A stretch of DNA of 64,000 bases from Candidatus Cloacimonadales bacterium (GTDB lineage Bacteria; Cloacimonadota; Cloacimonadia; Cloacimonadales; JAIOQZ01): assembly GCA_963674825.1 (NCBI GenBank), contig OY771587.1, positions 704,001 to 768,000 of the forward strand, given 5' to 3'. This document shows, piece after piece, positions 37,263 through 46,372 of the stretch. Position 1 is the stretch's first letter; each line of letters opens with the position of its first letter. The notes under the pieces were generated by a model, which did not search any database, was not told the origin of the DNA, and saw nothing but the letters and a program-made list of their open reading frames with translations. Position numbers and translations under genes: made by a program.

Positions 37263-38666
37263 TTACGTTCGGATTCGGAAGAATTTGTTCATCATGCTGC
37301 GCATCTGCATGAATCGCGATGAGAAAAGGATACTCAAGGTACGTTTCAGCGGCACGCTTCGCGGCTCTTGCACCCACTGAAGCGGGATCTCGGCAGTAAG
37401 ACGCAGGAGAGCCGTTATCGCGAAAAGCACCTGCTCGGGCTGAAGCGAGATGAAACCAATCTTTAATGCCGGCGGGAAAAAACTACCCGATAAAATCGTC
37501 GATACCATCATGCAAAGTCCAGCTACCGACCAATAGATCGCCGAATAGGTCTGCCGTTGCTCGGTGGGTGCGATCGATAACACGAAGTTGGTGTAGATAA
37601 TACCCACACCCGACCACATGAATCCCGACGATGCCGCCTCAATCCACAAGAGCCAGTAGCTGTCCGGTGTCACGAAGCACCATACCGCGGGGTTGATCGA
37701 GCCTAAAACGATGGCGATCTTCATGGCGGTTTTATTGCCGTAACGATCGATAAACCGGCCCCACCCGCGAATAAACAGCATCATCGAGATTGAGGAGATT
37801 GTTCCATACACCGTGATCTCGAAGGTGCTCATCCGAAGCTTTTCCAGCATGAACGGCTGCCAGAACGCGGAGCCGATCCCAAGCGCAAGCATCCACCAGG
37901 TAGTGAAATAGAGCAGCCGACGGAAATTGGCGTTCTTCAGCGGTTCGACGAGGATCACACGCAGCTTCCGGTGATCAGGTTCTTTTCCTCGGTCCGGCTG
38001 CCGATAGAGGTAGATCAGGCCCACCAACGAGATAAGCGCTCCCGCGACGATGACCATTGTGATGCCATATCTCTCATTCTGTGCTGTGAAAAAACCGGAG
38101 ACGCCCAGTTTTTGCATCAAGCCGAATTTCCACCCTTCGCGCGGTGTTACGAAGGCATCAACGAACAGGCTGGAGAGGAATCCCACGACCATCCCCACCA
38201 TGAGGTGCACCTGAGAACGGGTCGAGAAGAACCGGCCTCTCACCCGCCTCGGAAATAGATCGGACACCCATGCGATCCAGATATTTCCGCTCATGGACGC
38301 AAACGAGCACGACAGGAACATGATGGTCAGGAATACCCATATCGCCCAGCCGCGATCCATGAACAGAAGCGGTATTACGAGCAAAATCGGTAAGAAACGC
38401 GCCACCAGCGCAAGCAAAACGGAGGGCATCTTGTGGTGATGAAGGCGTCGCGAGACAACCACGCCGAAGATCTGGAAAGCTTGCGAAAACTGCGCGGCAG
38501 CCATCAAAAGTCCGAACTGAAACGGCGTTGCGCCCAGCATGATCGCGAATTTGGATATGAAGACGCTTCCGATGTACGCCAGAGCCGTATAGACCTGCGC
38601 AAACGATCCCTCTACCGTGGAAATCCGCATAATGGATTTCAAGTCATCTCGATTATCAAACTTCAT
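37263..38666 (-). CDS. MFS transporter
   Basis: About 12 hydrophobic segments, WVSDLFPRRVRGRFF, WGRFIDRYG. Start ambiguous (38666 or 38747). Confidence 0.85.
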   Translation of the reverse strand: MKFDNRDDLKSIMRISTVEGSFAQVYTALAYIGSVFISKFAIMLGATPFQFGLLMAAAQFSQAFQIFGVVVSRRLHHHKMPSVLLALVARFLPILLVIPLLFMDRGWAIWVFLTIMFLSCSFASMSGNIWIAWVSDLFPRRVRGRFFSTRSQVHLMVGMVVGFLSSLFVDAFVTPREGWKFGLMQKLGVSGFFTAQNERYGITMVIVAGALISLVGLIYLYRQPDRGKEPDHRKLRVILVEPLKNANFRRLLYFTTWWMLALGIGSAFWQPFMLEKLRMSTFEITVYGTISSISMMLFIRGWGRFIDRYGNKTAMKIAIVLGSINPAVWCFVTPDSYWLLWIEAASSGFMWSGVGIIYTNFVLSIAPTEQRQTYSAIYWSVAGLCMMVSTILSGSFFPPALKIGFISLQPEQVLFAITALLRLTAEIPLQWVQEPRSVPLKRTLSILFSSRFMQMRSMMNKFFRIRT

Positions 38667-38790
38667 CGCGTCCTCAGCTCCATTGATTTCCAGCCCAGCG
38701 GTTTGTAAAGAAAATTGGTCGCCTTGACAGGGGATTTTCTTTGACATCCGGTATCCTCCTATAGATCAATGTCAAGCAAAGGAGGCTGCC

Positions 38791-39192
38791 ATGATTCGAT
38801 ACACCGACGAGCTCTGCGATCCTACGCTGTTGATGTCGCTCTTTGAGACCACAGGCTGGAACGCGAAATATAAGCTCACCACCGAGGAGCTCCACCAGGC
38901 ATTCGAACAGAGCTGGTATCACACTTTCGCCTACGACGGCGAACGGCTTGTCGCGTCGGGACGCGTGATCTGCGACGGCGTTGTGCACGCACTAATCCTT
39001 GATGTAATCGTGCATCCCTCCTTGCAGACACAAGGCGTCGGACGCGAGATCATGCAGCGAATCATAGCCCACTGCAGGCACCAAAAAATCCGCGATATCC
39101 AGCTCTTTTCAGCGCGAGACAAAGCTGGATTCTACAATAAACTCGGCTTCCGCGAACGCCCATTGAACGCACCCGGGATGGAATATGCTTGA
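38791..39192 (+). CDS. GNAT N-acetyltransferase
   Basis: LDVIVHPSLQTQGVG, GFYNKLGF; GGAGG RBS. Confidence 0.9.
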   Translation: MIRYTDELCDPTLLMSLFETTGWNAKYKLTTEELHQAFEQSWYHTFAYDGERLVASGRVICDGVVHALILDVIVHPSLQTQGVGREIMQRIIAHCRHQKIRDIQLFSARDKAGFYNKLGFRERPLNAPGMEYA

Positions 39193-39913
39193 ACTGGTCT
39201 TGCTGTTCATCGGTGTGATCCTGCTGTCAATGACCGTCCGCGCAACCTTCGGATTCGGCGATGCGCTCTTCAACATGCCGCTTCTGACGCTGCTTTTCGG
39301 GCTCAAAGTCGCTGCACCGCTCTCCGCGATGCTCTCCAGCACCATCACGGCGGCAATCCTGGCTACGCATTGGAGAAACGTCGATATCAAGAGCGCATGG
39401 CGGCTCATCGTCGCTTCGCTGCTCGGTATCCCGATTGGACTCTGGATGCTCAAGGGCATTCCCGAAGCCGTGATGCTGATCTTCCTGGCGCTAGTCTTGA
39501 TCGGAACAGCGCTTAATCGCTTCCTGCACCCGGACAAGCTGCACCTCAAATCCAATATGTGGGCTTTCCCCTTCGGCTTTGTCGCCGGTGTACTGGGCGG
39601 AGCCTACAACACCAACGGTCCTCCCATCGTGGTTTACGGGTCCATGCGACGCTGGGATGCCGCAACCTTCCGCGCGACAATACAGGGTTATACGTTTCCG
39701 GTGGGGCTGACCATTCTGGCGGGGCATTATTCGGCGGGACTCTGGACAAGACAGGTTGCAATGATGTACCTCACCGCGCTTCCGGTTGTTGCTGCGGCAT
39801 TTCTGATCGGTAATATCCTGCACGGACGCCTGCAAGGCAATCGTTTTCAAGTCGCACTACATATCATGCTGATGGTGATGGGCTTTGCACTGATCTTGAA
39901 GGCGTGTTTGTAG
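39185..39913 (+). CDS. TauE/SafE (sulfite exporter) family membrane protein
   Basis: GFGDAL..MP, GIPIG, AGVLGGAYNTNGPP, FRAT. Confidence 0.85.
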   Translation: MLELVLLFIGVILLSMTVRATFGFGDALFNMPLLTLLFGLKVAAPLSAMLSSTITAAILATHWRNVDIKSAWRLIVASLLGIPIGLWMLKGIPEAVMLIFLALVLIGTALNRFLHPDKLHLKSNMWAFPFGFVAGVLGGAYNTNGPPIVVYGSMRRWDAATFRATIQGYTFPVGLTILAGHYSAGLWTRQVAMMYLTALPVVAAAFLIGNILHGRLQGNRFQVALHIMLMVMGFALILKACL

Positions 39914-39953
39914 AAAGGATTCTCCCCCCCATGACAAGGGGAATTAAGGGGGG

Positions 39954-41231
39954 TTATTCAGCCGCGACAGGTTTCGGCAGCACTTTGTTGTAAAGGAAGT
40001 AAGCGCTGAGGATCACGGAGAAAGTGATCGCGGATACTGTTGCGATGGATGCTCCCACAATTCCAAAGCTCGAGATGAGCCAGATATCCAGACAGACATG
40101 CAGGATCGTGGTGACGATGCCTACAATCAGGTTGTACTTGATTTTGAGCTGGCTGGCGATGGTGTTGCCGATGGGTACGCGGAACGTTCCGCTGATGAAA
40201 TAACCAATAGAGAGAATGCGGAACGGGACCACTGCGTCCATATACTCTGGCCCAAACACATACCTGATGATCCAGGGCGCGAGCGTGATCAGGAAAACTA
40301 CGATCAGGATGTTGAGCATACCCAGATAGAGCTGAATCTTGTGAACCATCTTGCGCAGGTTCTGATCCTTGTTCTTGATGAGATACGGGAACACGAACAC
40401 CAGCATCGACTTGGGTATGAAGTTGATCGCGAAAGGTATTACTGTCGCAATCTTGTAGGTCGCGACCGTCTCAGGAGTAGTGATGATAAGCCCAATCAGG
40501 AAAGTGTCGATGAGAAAGAGAATCTGCGAAACGCTGTTGGTCAGCATTGCGGTTACGGAGTAGCTCAGAAAGCCACGTTTCTCCGGCTTGGTGAGGTTGA
40601 TTTTGCCATCAGGAAGCTTCATTTCGCGACGGAAAAGAATAAACGCGATCGTCGCCGAGATTATGAAAGAGAAGTAAATAAATAACGATGCACCTTCAAC
40701 GGAAAAGAGGATCGCGCCCGAGATCGCGAAGATGAGCATAAGCGATGAATTGGTGAGGTTCATATAGGCATAAGCACGATTCCAGAAGAGGCTGCGCAGA
40801 TATTGCAAACCCGCCTGAAAGAGATGGAACGCCAGCGGCAGGAACGCCATGATACGCAAGAGATGCGTCGAACCCTCTACGGGTAACTTCACAAAGTGAG
40901 TGAAGATCAGGATACCGAATCCCAATACAAGACCGAACCATATCTCGATCTTTATGCCGAAACGCAGGTAAGAAGAGCGCTTACCTGTCTCATCCGCACG
41001 GGTGCAGAATTGCATGATGCCCGATTCGATCCCCAGGCCACCGATGATATAGAGCATATTGATGATGTTGCGAGCATAGGAAAACTGGCCCATCTCAGTC
41101 TTGGACAGAATCCGCACCAGCACGAGTGAAATCGAGAATACAATGATATTGTGCAACACACTCGCGCCCACGATGTGGAACAGACCCCGCTTTGTCGATT
41201 TGATCAGGTCACCGATGATTTTTTGCTTCAA
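39954..41231 (-). CDS. Oligosaccharide flippase (Wzx/MOP superfamily)
   Basis: LVRILSKTEMGQFSY, IDTFLIG, FGPEY, FGIVGASIAT; many TM segments. Confidence 0.85.
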   Translation of the reverse strand: MKQKIIGDLIKSTKRGLFHIVGASVLHNIIVFSISLVLVRILSKTEMGQFSYARNIINMLYIIGGLGIESGIMQFCTRADETGKRSSYLRFGIKIEIWFGLVLGFGILIFTHFVKLPVEGSTHLLRIMAFLPLAFHLFQAGLQYLRSLFWNRAYAYMNLTNSSLMLIFAISGAILFSVEGASLFIYFSFIISATIAFILFRREMKLPDGKINLTKPEKRGFLSYSVTAMLTNSVSQILFLIDTFLIGLIITTPETVATYKIATVIPFAINFIPKSMLVFVFPYLIKNKDQNLRKMVHKIQLYLGMLNILIVVFLITLAPWIIRYVFGPEYMDAVVPFRILSIGYFISGTFRVPIGNTIASQLKIKYNLIVGIVTTILHVCLDIWLISSFGIVGASIATVSAITFSVILSAYFLYNKVLPKPVAAE

Positions 41232-41315
41232 CTATTATCCTCGCTCATTTACCATTCGGTTCGATCCAGCAACAAAGCCCTATTTCGGTCAAGAGATAGT
41301 TTGCCCGTAGGCTTG

Positions 41316-43697
41316 CTACTCCGTGCGCAGGTTCTCGATAAGGTTGGAGCGATTGAGCCGCAGCCAATGCAACAGCACAGCCATCAGGATAAGGATGAAG
41401 CTTACCAGCAAACCCACGATGAAATCGAGCACGGTGAGGCTTACCCGGCTGTTAAAGCCTTCCAGCCACCGCTGCAAGACGTATTGTGCCACAGGAATCG
41501 ATATCCCGAGAGCAATCCCGAGCAGTACGACATAGCTGCGCAGCAGGTATGTCACCGTATCCAATGGAGACGCGCCAAGGACCTTGCGAATGGCCATGTT
41601 CTTGGTTTGCTGACGCAACGTGTAGGCAGTCAGGCCGAATATCCCGATAAAGGTGAAAAGCATACCGAGTGTAGCCACGAAAACCATCAGGCGCATGAAG
41701 TTACGTTCGGGGTCGTACTGGTGCGTCACTTCCCAGTCGGTATCGAACATGCTCGCGAAGAATATATTCGCTTTGGCGTTCTGCTTGAAGATATCCCATA
41801 GCTGCATCCGTGCCTCGGCTTCGGCACCCGGTGCAAGCCGGAAGTGGAAATAAGACTCGATGAAGTTCATCTTCTTGTAAACCATCGGGCGGACAGGATT
41901 TTGCAGGCCTTCCCAATAGGAATCTCCTACCACACCGATAAGCGGACCGCTGAAGTAGAACATGTTTGGGGCATCCATACCGATTTCGATCATCGTGCCC
42001 AGTTCGATGCCATAATGCCCATATCGTTCCATGAATGCTTCATTGACCACCACGCCTGTCGAATCGCTTCCGTGCCATGTATCGCCCTCGATCACCGGTA
42101 TGTGGAACATATCGAAAAATTCGCCGCCCACCAGGCCAAAGGGACACATCCGGTCTTTCTTTGTTCCTTTCTCGCTATGTATAGTCAGGTACGATTCGTG
42201 GATTTGCTTTCCGGGGAAGAAATTCGAATGCGATGCCGATTCCACGCCAGGTATCTTACTCGCCTGCTCCAGGATTTCATCCTGGTAGCGTCCTGTATTG
42301 AGCAAATGGTGGAAACTGGTAATATTCTTGGCGTCGAAGCCCGGAAACTTGTTGTCCAGCAGATGAATCTGTCGAATCAACAGCATCGCGGTTATGATCA
42401 GCACCAGCGAGATGGTCAGTTGAAAAAGCATCGCGACTTTCCAATGTTGCGAAGAGCGCTTCTTGTAAAGGATCGCGCGTGCCACCATTGAGGGATAGAG
42501 AACGATGATCATGCCGGCGATGACCAGCCCTACGGCGATCACCCCAAGAACCTTCGTCCAGCCAATGTTCTCCAGCGTGTAGCCAGGGATGAATACATTC
42601 AGATACGGCAGAAGCAGATAGATGAGGAATCCGGCCACGAGTACCATCAAGATATAGAGAAAGAGATGCTCCAGCATGAATTGTCGCACGATATCTCCCG
42701 ATGCCGCACCCATGCTGCGGCGAATATCGATCTCCTTCTTGCGGCTCATAGCGCGCACGGTAAGAAGGATCATGCTGTTGGTAACCAGCACCATCAGGAT
42801 CGCCAGCGCGACGATGCCGTACTTGAGCAGTTCTTTTTTATCGAAGGTCTCGTATTGCTTCATGTAGGTCTCGTTATAATGGGTCTCGTCCAGCCTGATC
42901 GCCTCGAAAGTGACCTTCGTATTCTCATCCAGATCGGGGATACCGTCTCGATACTCCGCCAGGATATCCGCGGCGGTCTGCACCAGGATTTTGGGATCGG
43001 TACCGTCTTCCAGCTCCACATAGACCTGCGAGCGCGAATAGAATTCGCTCGGATCTTCCATCACTGTGCAGGAATCCGCGATAGCGTTATTGTAGTCCCA
43101 TGTAAAATAGTCGCCCTGGATATGCTGGTTGGGTGGAAAATCCTCGTAGACACCCGCGATGGTATAGCGATGGATCTGTTTACTTTGTACATTGAGCATC
43201 AGCCGCTCTCCGCAGGGGTCCGTGTCACCGAATATTTCCAGCGCACGCGATCTGGATACGAGCATGGACTTGCTATCTTCCAGGCAATTCTCCCGTGTGC
43301 CATAGACCATCTTGAGATCGAGCCATTCAGGAACGTTCTGAGAGACGAAATTGATGTTCTTGAGCGGAATACTCTCGTCGTCATGGGTAAACAGCAGGTT
43401 GAAATCGATCTGATCGACTGTATAGAAATTCTTGATCTGCGGCAGGCGATTCAGCATCACTTTGAAGACCTCGATGGACATCGAAGGAGAGCTCATATCG
43501 ATCTCGTTCTGCAACCGCATCTGTAATCGCCAGGTGTTCTTGTAGTTGGGGAAATGCTCATCCCAGGAAAGTTGGTACGTAACGTGGATCGTCAGCAGTA
43601 CGAACATGGCGATACCGATCACCATGCAGATCATCAGGATTGGGCTCAGAAGCGGCTCACTCAGCCACGTGCGAATCATTCGAGGGATTTTGTGCAT
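41316..43697 (-). CDS. FtsX/MacB-like ABC permease with duplicated architecture, no ATPase domain
   Basis: RKKEIDIRRSMGA, AIRKVLGA, two periplasmic domains; start MHKIPR after GGAG. Confidence 0.88.
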   Translation of the reverse strand: MHKIPRMIRTWLSEPLLSPILMICMVIGIAMFVLLTIHVTYQLSWDEHFPNYKNTWRLQMRLQNEIDMSSPSMSIEVFKVMLNRLPQIKNFYTVDQIDFNLLFTHDDESIPLKNINFVSQNVPEWLDLKMVYGTRENCLEDSKSMLVSRSRALEIFGDTDPCGERLMLNVQSKQIHRYTIAGVYEDFPPNQHIQGDYFTWDYNNAIADSCTVMEDPSEFYSRSQVYVELEDGTDPKILVQTAADILAEYRDGIPDLDENTKVTFEAIRLDETHYNETYMKQYETFDKKELLKYGIVALAILMVLVTNSMILLTVRAMSRKKEIDIRRSMGAASGDIVRQFMLEHLFLYILMVLVAGFLIYLLLPYLNVFIPGYTLENIGWTKVLGVIAVGLVIAGMIIVLYPSMVARAILYKKRSSQHWKVAMLFQLTISLVLIITAMLLIRQIHLLDNKFPGFDAKNITSFHHLLNTGRYQDEILEQASKIPGVESASHSNFFPGKQIHESYLTIHSEKGTKKDRMCPFGLVGGEFFDMFHIPVIEGDTWHGSDSTGVVVNEAFMERYGHYGIELGTMIEIGMDAPNMFYFSGPLIGVVGDSYWEGLQNPVRPMVYKKMNFIESYFHFRLAPGAEAEARMQLWDIFKQNAKANIFFASMFDTDWEVTHQYDPERNFMRLMVFVATLGMLFTFIGIFGLTAYTLRQQTKNMAIRKVLGASPLDTVTYLLRSYVVLLGIALGISIPVAQYVLQRWLEGFNSRVSLTVLDFIVGLLVSFILILMAVLLHWLRLNRSNLIENLRTE

Positions 43698-43709
43698 TAT
43701 TGTCTCCAA

Positions 43710-46103
43710 TTATTCAGTTCGAAGATAGTCATTCAAGGTGGTGCGGTTCAGCTTTATCCAGTGGAATAACACCGCGAACAGGATCAGTGCGATACAGGCG
43801 ATGAGTCCCGCGACGAAATCGAATGCGGAAAGGCTCACGCCATTGCTGAAGCCCTGTAGCCATTTCCGCAGAAAATACACCGCGATCGGGATCGATATCC
43901 CAAACGCGATTCCAAGCAACATCAGGTAACTTCGCAGCAGTATCCAGAGCGTATCGAACGAGGTTGCACCGAGCACCTTGCGAATCGCCAGATTCTTCAT
44001 TTGACGGCGCAGCGTGAAGGCTGTGAGACCGTAGATCCCTACGAACGTAAAGAACATACCTAACCCCGCGATGAATACCGTCAATCTCATGAAATTCCGC
44101 TCCGGATCGTACTGGTGCGTCACTTCCCAATCCGTGTCGTACATTTCAGGATGAAAGATGCCTGTATATTTATTATCTTCAAGTATCTCCATGATCTTTT
44201 CTTGCGCTTCCGCCTCTCTGGACGGTGCGATCTTGAAGTGATAAAACACACTAATATCACTTCCTCGCTTATATACGATTGGGGCGGCCTGATATCGCAT
44301 ACCCCGCCAATAAGTGTCGTCCACCACCCCGATGATCGTTCCTTCGAAGGTCACGCCTTCGGGGTTGTCTTCGCCTATTTTCACATCCGTTCCCATGCCG
44401 ATGCCATGTTGGGCGTATCGTTCCATGAAATTCCGGTTCACGATGACACCCGTCGAATCGGAGCCTTCCCAAACCCGTCCTTGTATCAGCTCGATGTTGA
44501 AAACATCAAAAAAGTTAGGCTCGACCATCCCCAACCCGCATTGCCGGTAGTTTCCGAGGGATTTATCACCGTGGATGGTCAGTGGCTCCTGATAGTAGTA
44601 CATCACCGGCGTGAAATTCAGGTACGTTGAAGCTGTGGACTCCTCCACACCGGGGATCTTCATGATCCTGTCGATATCCTCCTGAGAAAGTACACGAGCA
44701 CCGGCCCCCAAGTACGAGGTAATTCCGGTCGCATCGAATCCAGGACTGCGATTGGTGAGGAAACTCACCTGACGGAACAGCAATATCGCGCTGATCATCA
44801 GAACCACCGAGATCACGAGTTGCACCAGCATGGCAAGTTTCCAGTAGTGCGTCGAACGACTTCCGAAGTGGATCATCCGCGCTACCAGCGCCGGGTAAAC
44901 GACGATGATCGATCCAGCCGCCAGAAGACCGAGCAGGGAGACTACGATCGCTTTTTGCCAGTTAATGTTTTCGATGGTAAAGCCGGGAATAATCAAATGC
45001 AGCCAGGGCAAAATGGCATGAATCAGGAACCCGGCCAGGACAATCATCAGAACGTAGATCCAGAGATGCTCCATCATGAACTGACGCAGAATATCGGCGC
45101 TGCCAGCGCCCATGCTCCTGCGAATATCGATCTCTTTTTTTCGACTCATAACACCCACTGTCAGCAGGATCATGCTGTTGGCCACGAGCACCATGAGGAT
45201 CGCCAGCGCCACCACGCCGTACTTCGTCATCTTTTTTCGGTCGAAACGCACATAGTCGAAGATATCATCCGTGTTGTCATCGTAATGAATTTCGTCCAGA
45301 CGCGTCACCCGGAAGGAGACCTTTTCGTCATCAGCAAGGTCTTCGATATTCTTGTGGTTCTCCTCGAAAAGCCGGTACGCCTCATCCACCAGAATCTGCG
45401 GGTCTGTTCCGTCTTCCAGAACGGCGTAGATCTGCGTAGTGTACCCGAAGGTCGTTGGGTTTTCCCATACTGAGGATGACCGATCGAGGTCGAATCGATT
45501 CATATAGCCGTAGGCTTCACCCTGCAAGTGCTGGTTTAGTGGCTGATCCTCGAAAACACCCGTAATGGTCACGCGTGGCACCAACTTCCCATCATCCCAA
45601 ACCAGGAGCTTCTCGCCGGTTGGATCAACATCGCCGAAGATTTCCAGCGACTTGGAATGGGAGATGATTATCGATGTTTCATCCGGGAAACAGTTGTCTC
45701 GCGTGCCATAGACCATCTTGAGGTCGAGCAGCTCGGGGAAATTTCTCGAACAGTAATTGATATTGTCGAATATGGCATTTCGATCGTTATAGATGAAGCT
45801 ATGTTCGATCAATACCGGAAGAATGACATACCATTCCTTGATCTGAGGCAACCTCCCCAGCATTGCCTTGAACATCTCGTTCGAGATCGTTGACGAACGC
45901 TCGATGTTGTTCGACTCACGGGTCATCTGGACGCGCCAGGTATTCTCGTAGTTCGGCAGGTGTTCATCCCAGGAAAGCTGGTATATAATATGGGTCGTCA
46001 GAAGCACAAACACCGTAATGCCGATAATCATGCACAGCATCAGGATCAAGCTCAATAACGGTTCGGACAGCCAGAATCGAAGAAACCTCGGTACTTTAAA
46101 CAA
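43710..46103 (-). CDS. FtsX/MacB-like ABC permease, paralogue of the adjacent gene
   Basis: Same motifs. TTG start at 46103 (FKVPR aligns with HKIPR; GGGAG upstream); the ORF-track start 46145 lies inside the sigma54 promoter. Confidence 0.88.
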   Translation of the reverse strand: MFKVPRFLRFWLSEPLLSLILMLCMIIGITVFVLLTTHIIYQLSWDEHLPNYENTWRVQMTRESNNIERSSTISNEMFKAMLGRLPQIKEWYVILPVLIEHSFIYNDRNAIFDNINYCSRNFPELLDLKMVYGTRDNCFPDETSIIISHSKSLEIFGDVDPTGEKLLVWDDGKLVPRVTITGVFEDQPLNQHLQGEAYGYMNRFDLDRSSSVWENPTTFGYTTQIYAVLEDGTDPQILVDEAYRLFEENHKNIEDLADDEKVSFRVTRLDEIHYDDNTDDIFDYVRFDRKKMTKYGVVALAILMVLVANSMILLTVGVMSRKKEIDIRRSMGAGSADILRQFMMEHLWIYVLMIVLAGFLIHAILPWLHLIIPGFTIENINWQKAIVVSLLGLLAAGSIIVVYPALVARMIHFGSRSTHYWKLAMLVQLVISVVLMISAILLFRQVSFLTNRSPGFDATGITSYLGAGARVLSQEDIDRIMKIPGVEESTASTYLNFTPVMYYYQEPLTIHGDKSLGNYRQCGLGMVEPNFFDVFNIELIQGRVWEGSDSTGVIVNRNFMERYAQHGIGMGTDVKIGEDNPEGVTFEGTIIGVVDDTYWRGMRYQAAPIVYKRGSDISVFYHFKIAPSREAEAQEKIMEILEDNKYTGIFHPEMYDTDWEVTHQYDPERNFMRLTVFIAGLGMFFTFVGIYGLTAFTLRRQMKNLAIRKVLGATSFDTLWILLRSYLMLLGIAFGISIPIAVYFLRKWLQGFSNGVSLSAFDFVAGLIACIALILFAVLFHWIKLNRTTLNDYLRTE

Positions 46104-46137
46104 GCATAACTCCCACAAATTCAGTAAAAATCCCTTA

Positions 46138-46153
46138 TGCAACAATTGTGCCG
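46138..46153 (-). promoter_or_regulatory. Sigma54 -24/-12 promoter
   Basis: Minus strand CGGCACAATTGTTGCA: GG-N10-GC in GGCAC and TTGCA contexts. Confidence 0.8.
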
Positions 46154-46194
46154 GAATCGTTAAGAAAAGGCAAGCAGAAAGTCTGTTTGTTACA

Positions 46195-46207
46195 TAGCAA
46201 ACGGTTA
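46195..46207 (+). promoter_or_regulatory. IHF-like site
   Basis: TAGCAAACGGTTA, one mismatch to WATCAAN4TTR, between promoter and enhancer. Confidence 0.45.
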
Positions 46208-46284
46208 CGCGCCAGTCGTTGGAAATACGCTTTGAACAGGAGCTGCTCGAATCGCGATGACCTCAGGCGTTATCGTTCGGTGGA

Positions 46285-46300
46285 TGTTCGCATTCGAACA
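46285..46300. promoter_or_regulatory. Candidate enhancer (bEBP binding site)
   Basis: TGTTCG-catt-CGAACA inverted repeat ~130-150 bp upstream of the -24 box. Confidence 0.6.
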
Positions 46301-46372
46301 AGCGGAAAAACATAGACAAAATCGCATATCATTATTTTCTGCCGCAAGAATGATCCGTAAATCGGAGGAATC

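Noticed and set aside
39923..39953. C-run/G-run element tccccccc-atgacaa-gggg...gggggg
   Set aside because: Single degenerate copy between convergent genes; at most a weak terminator or decayed repeat.
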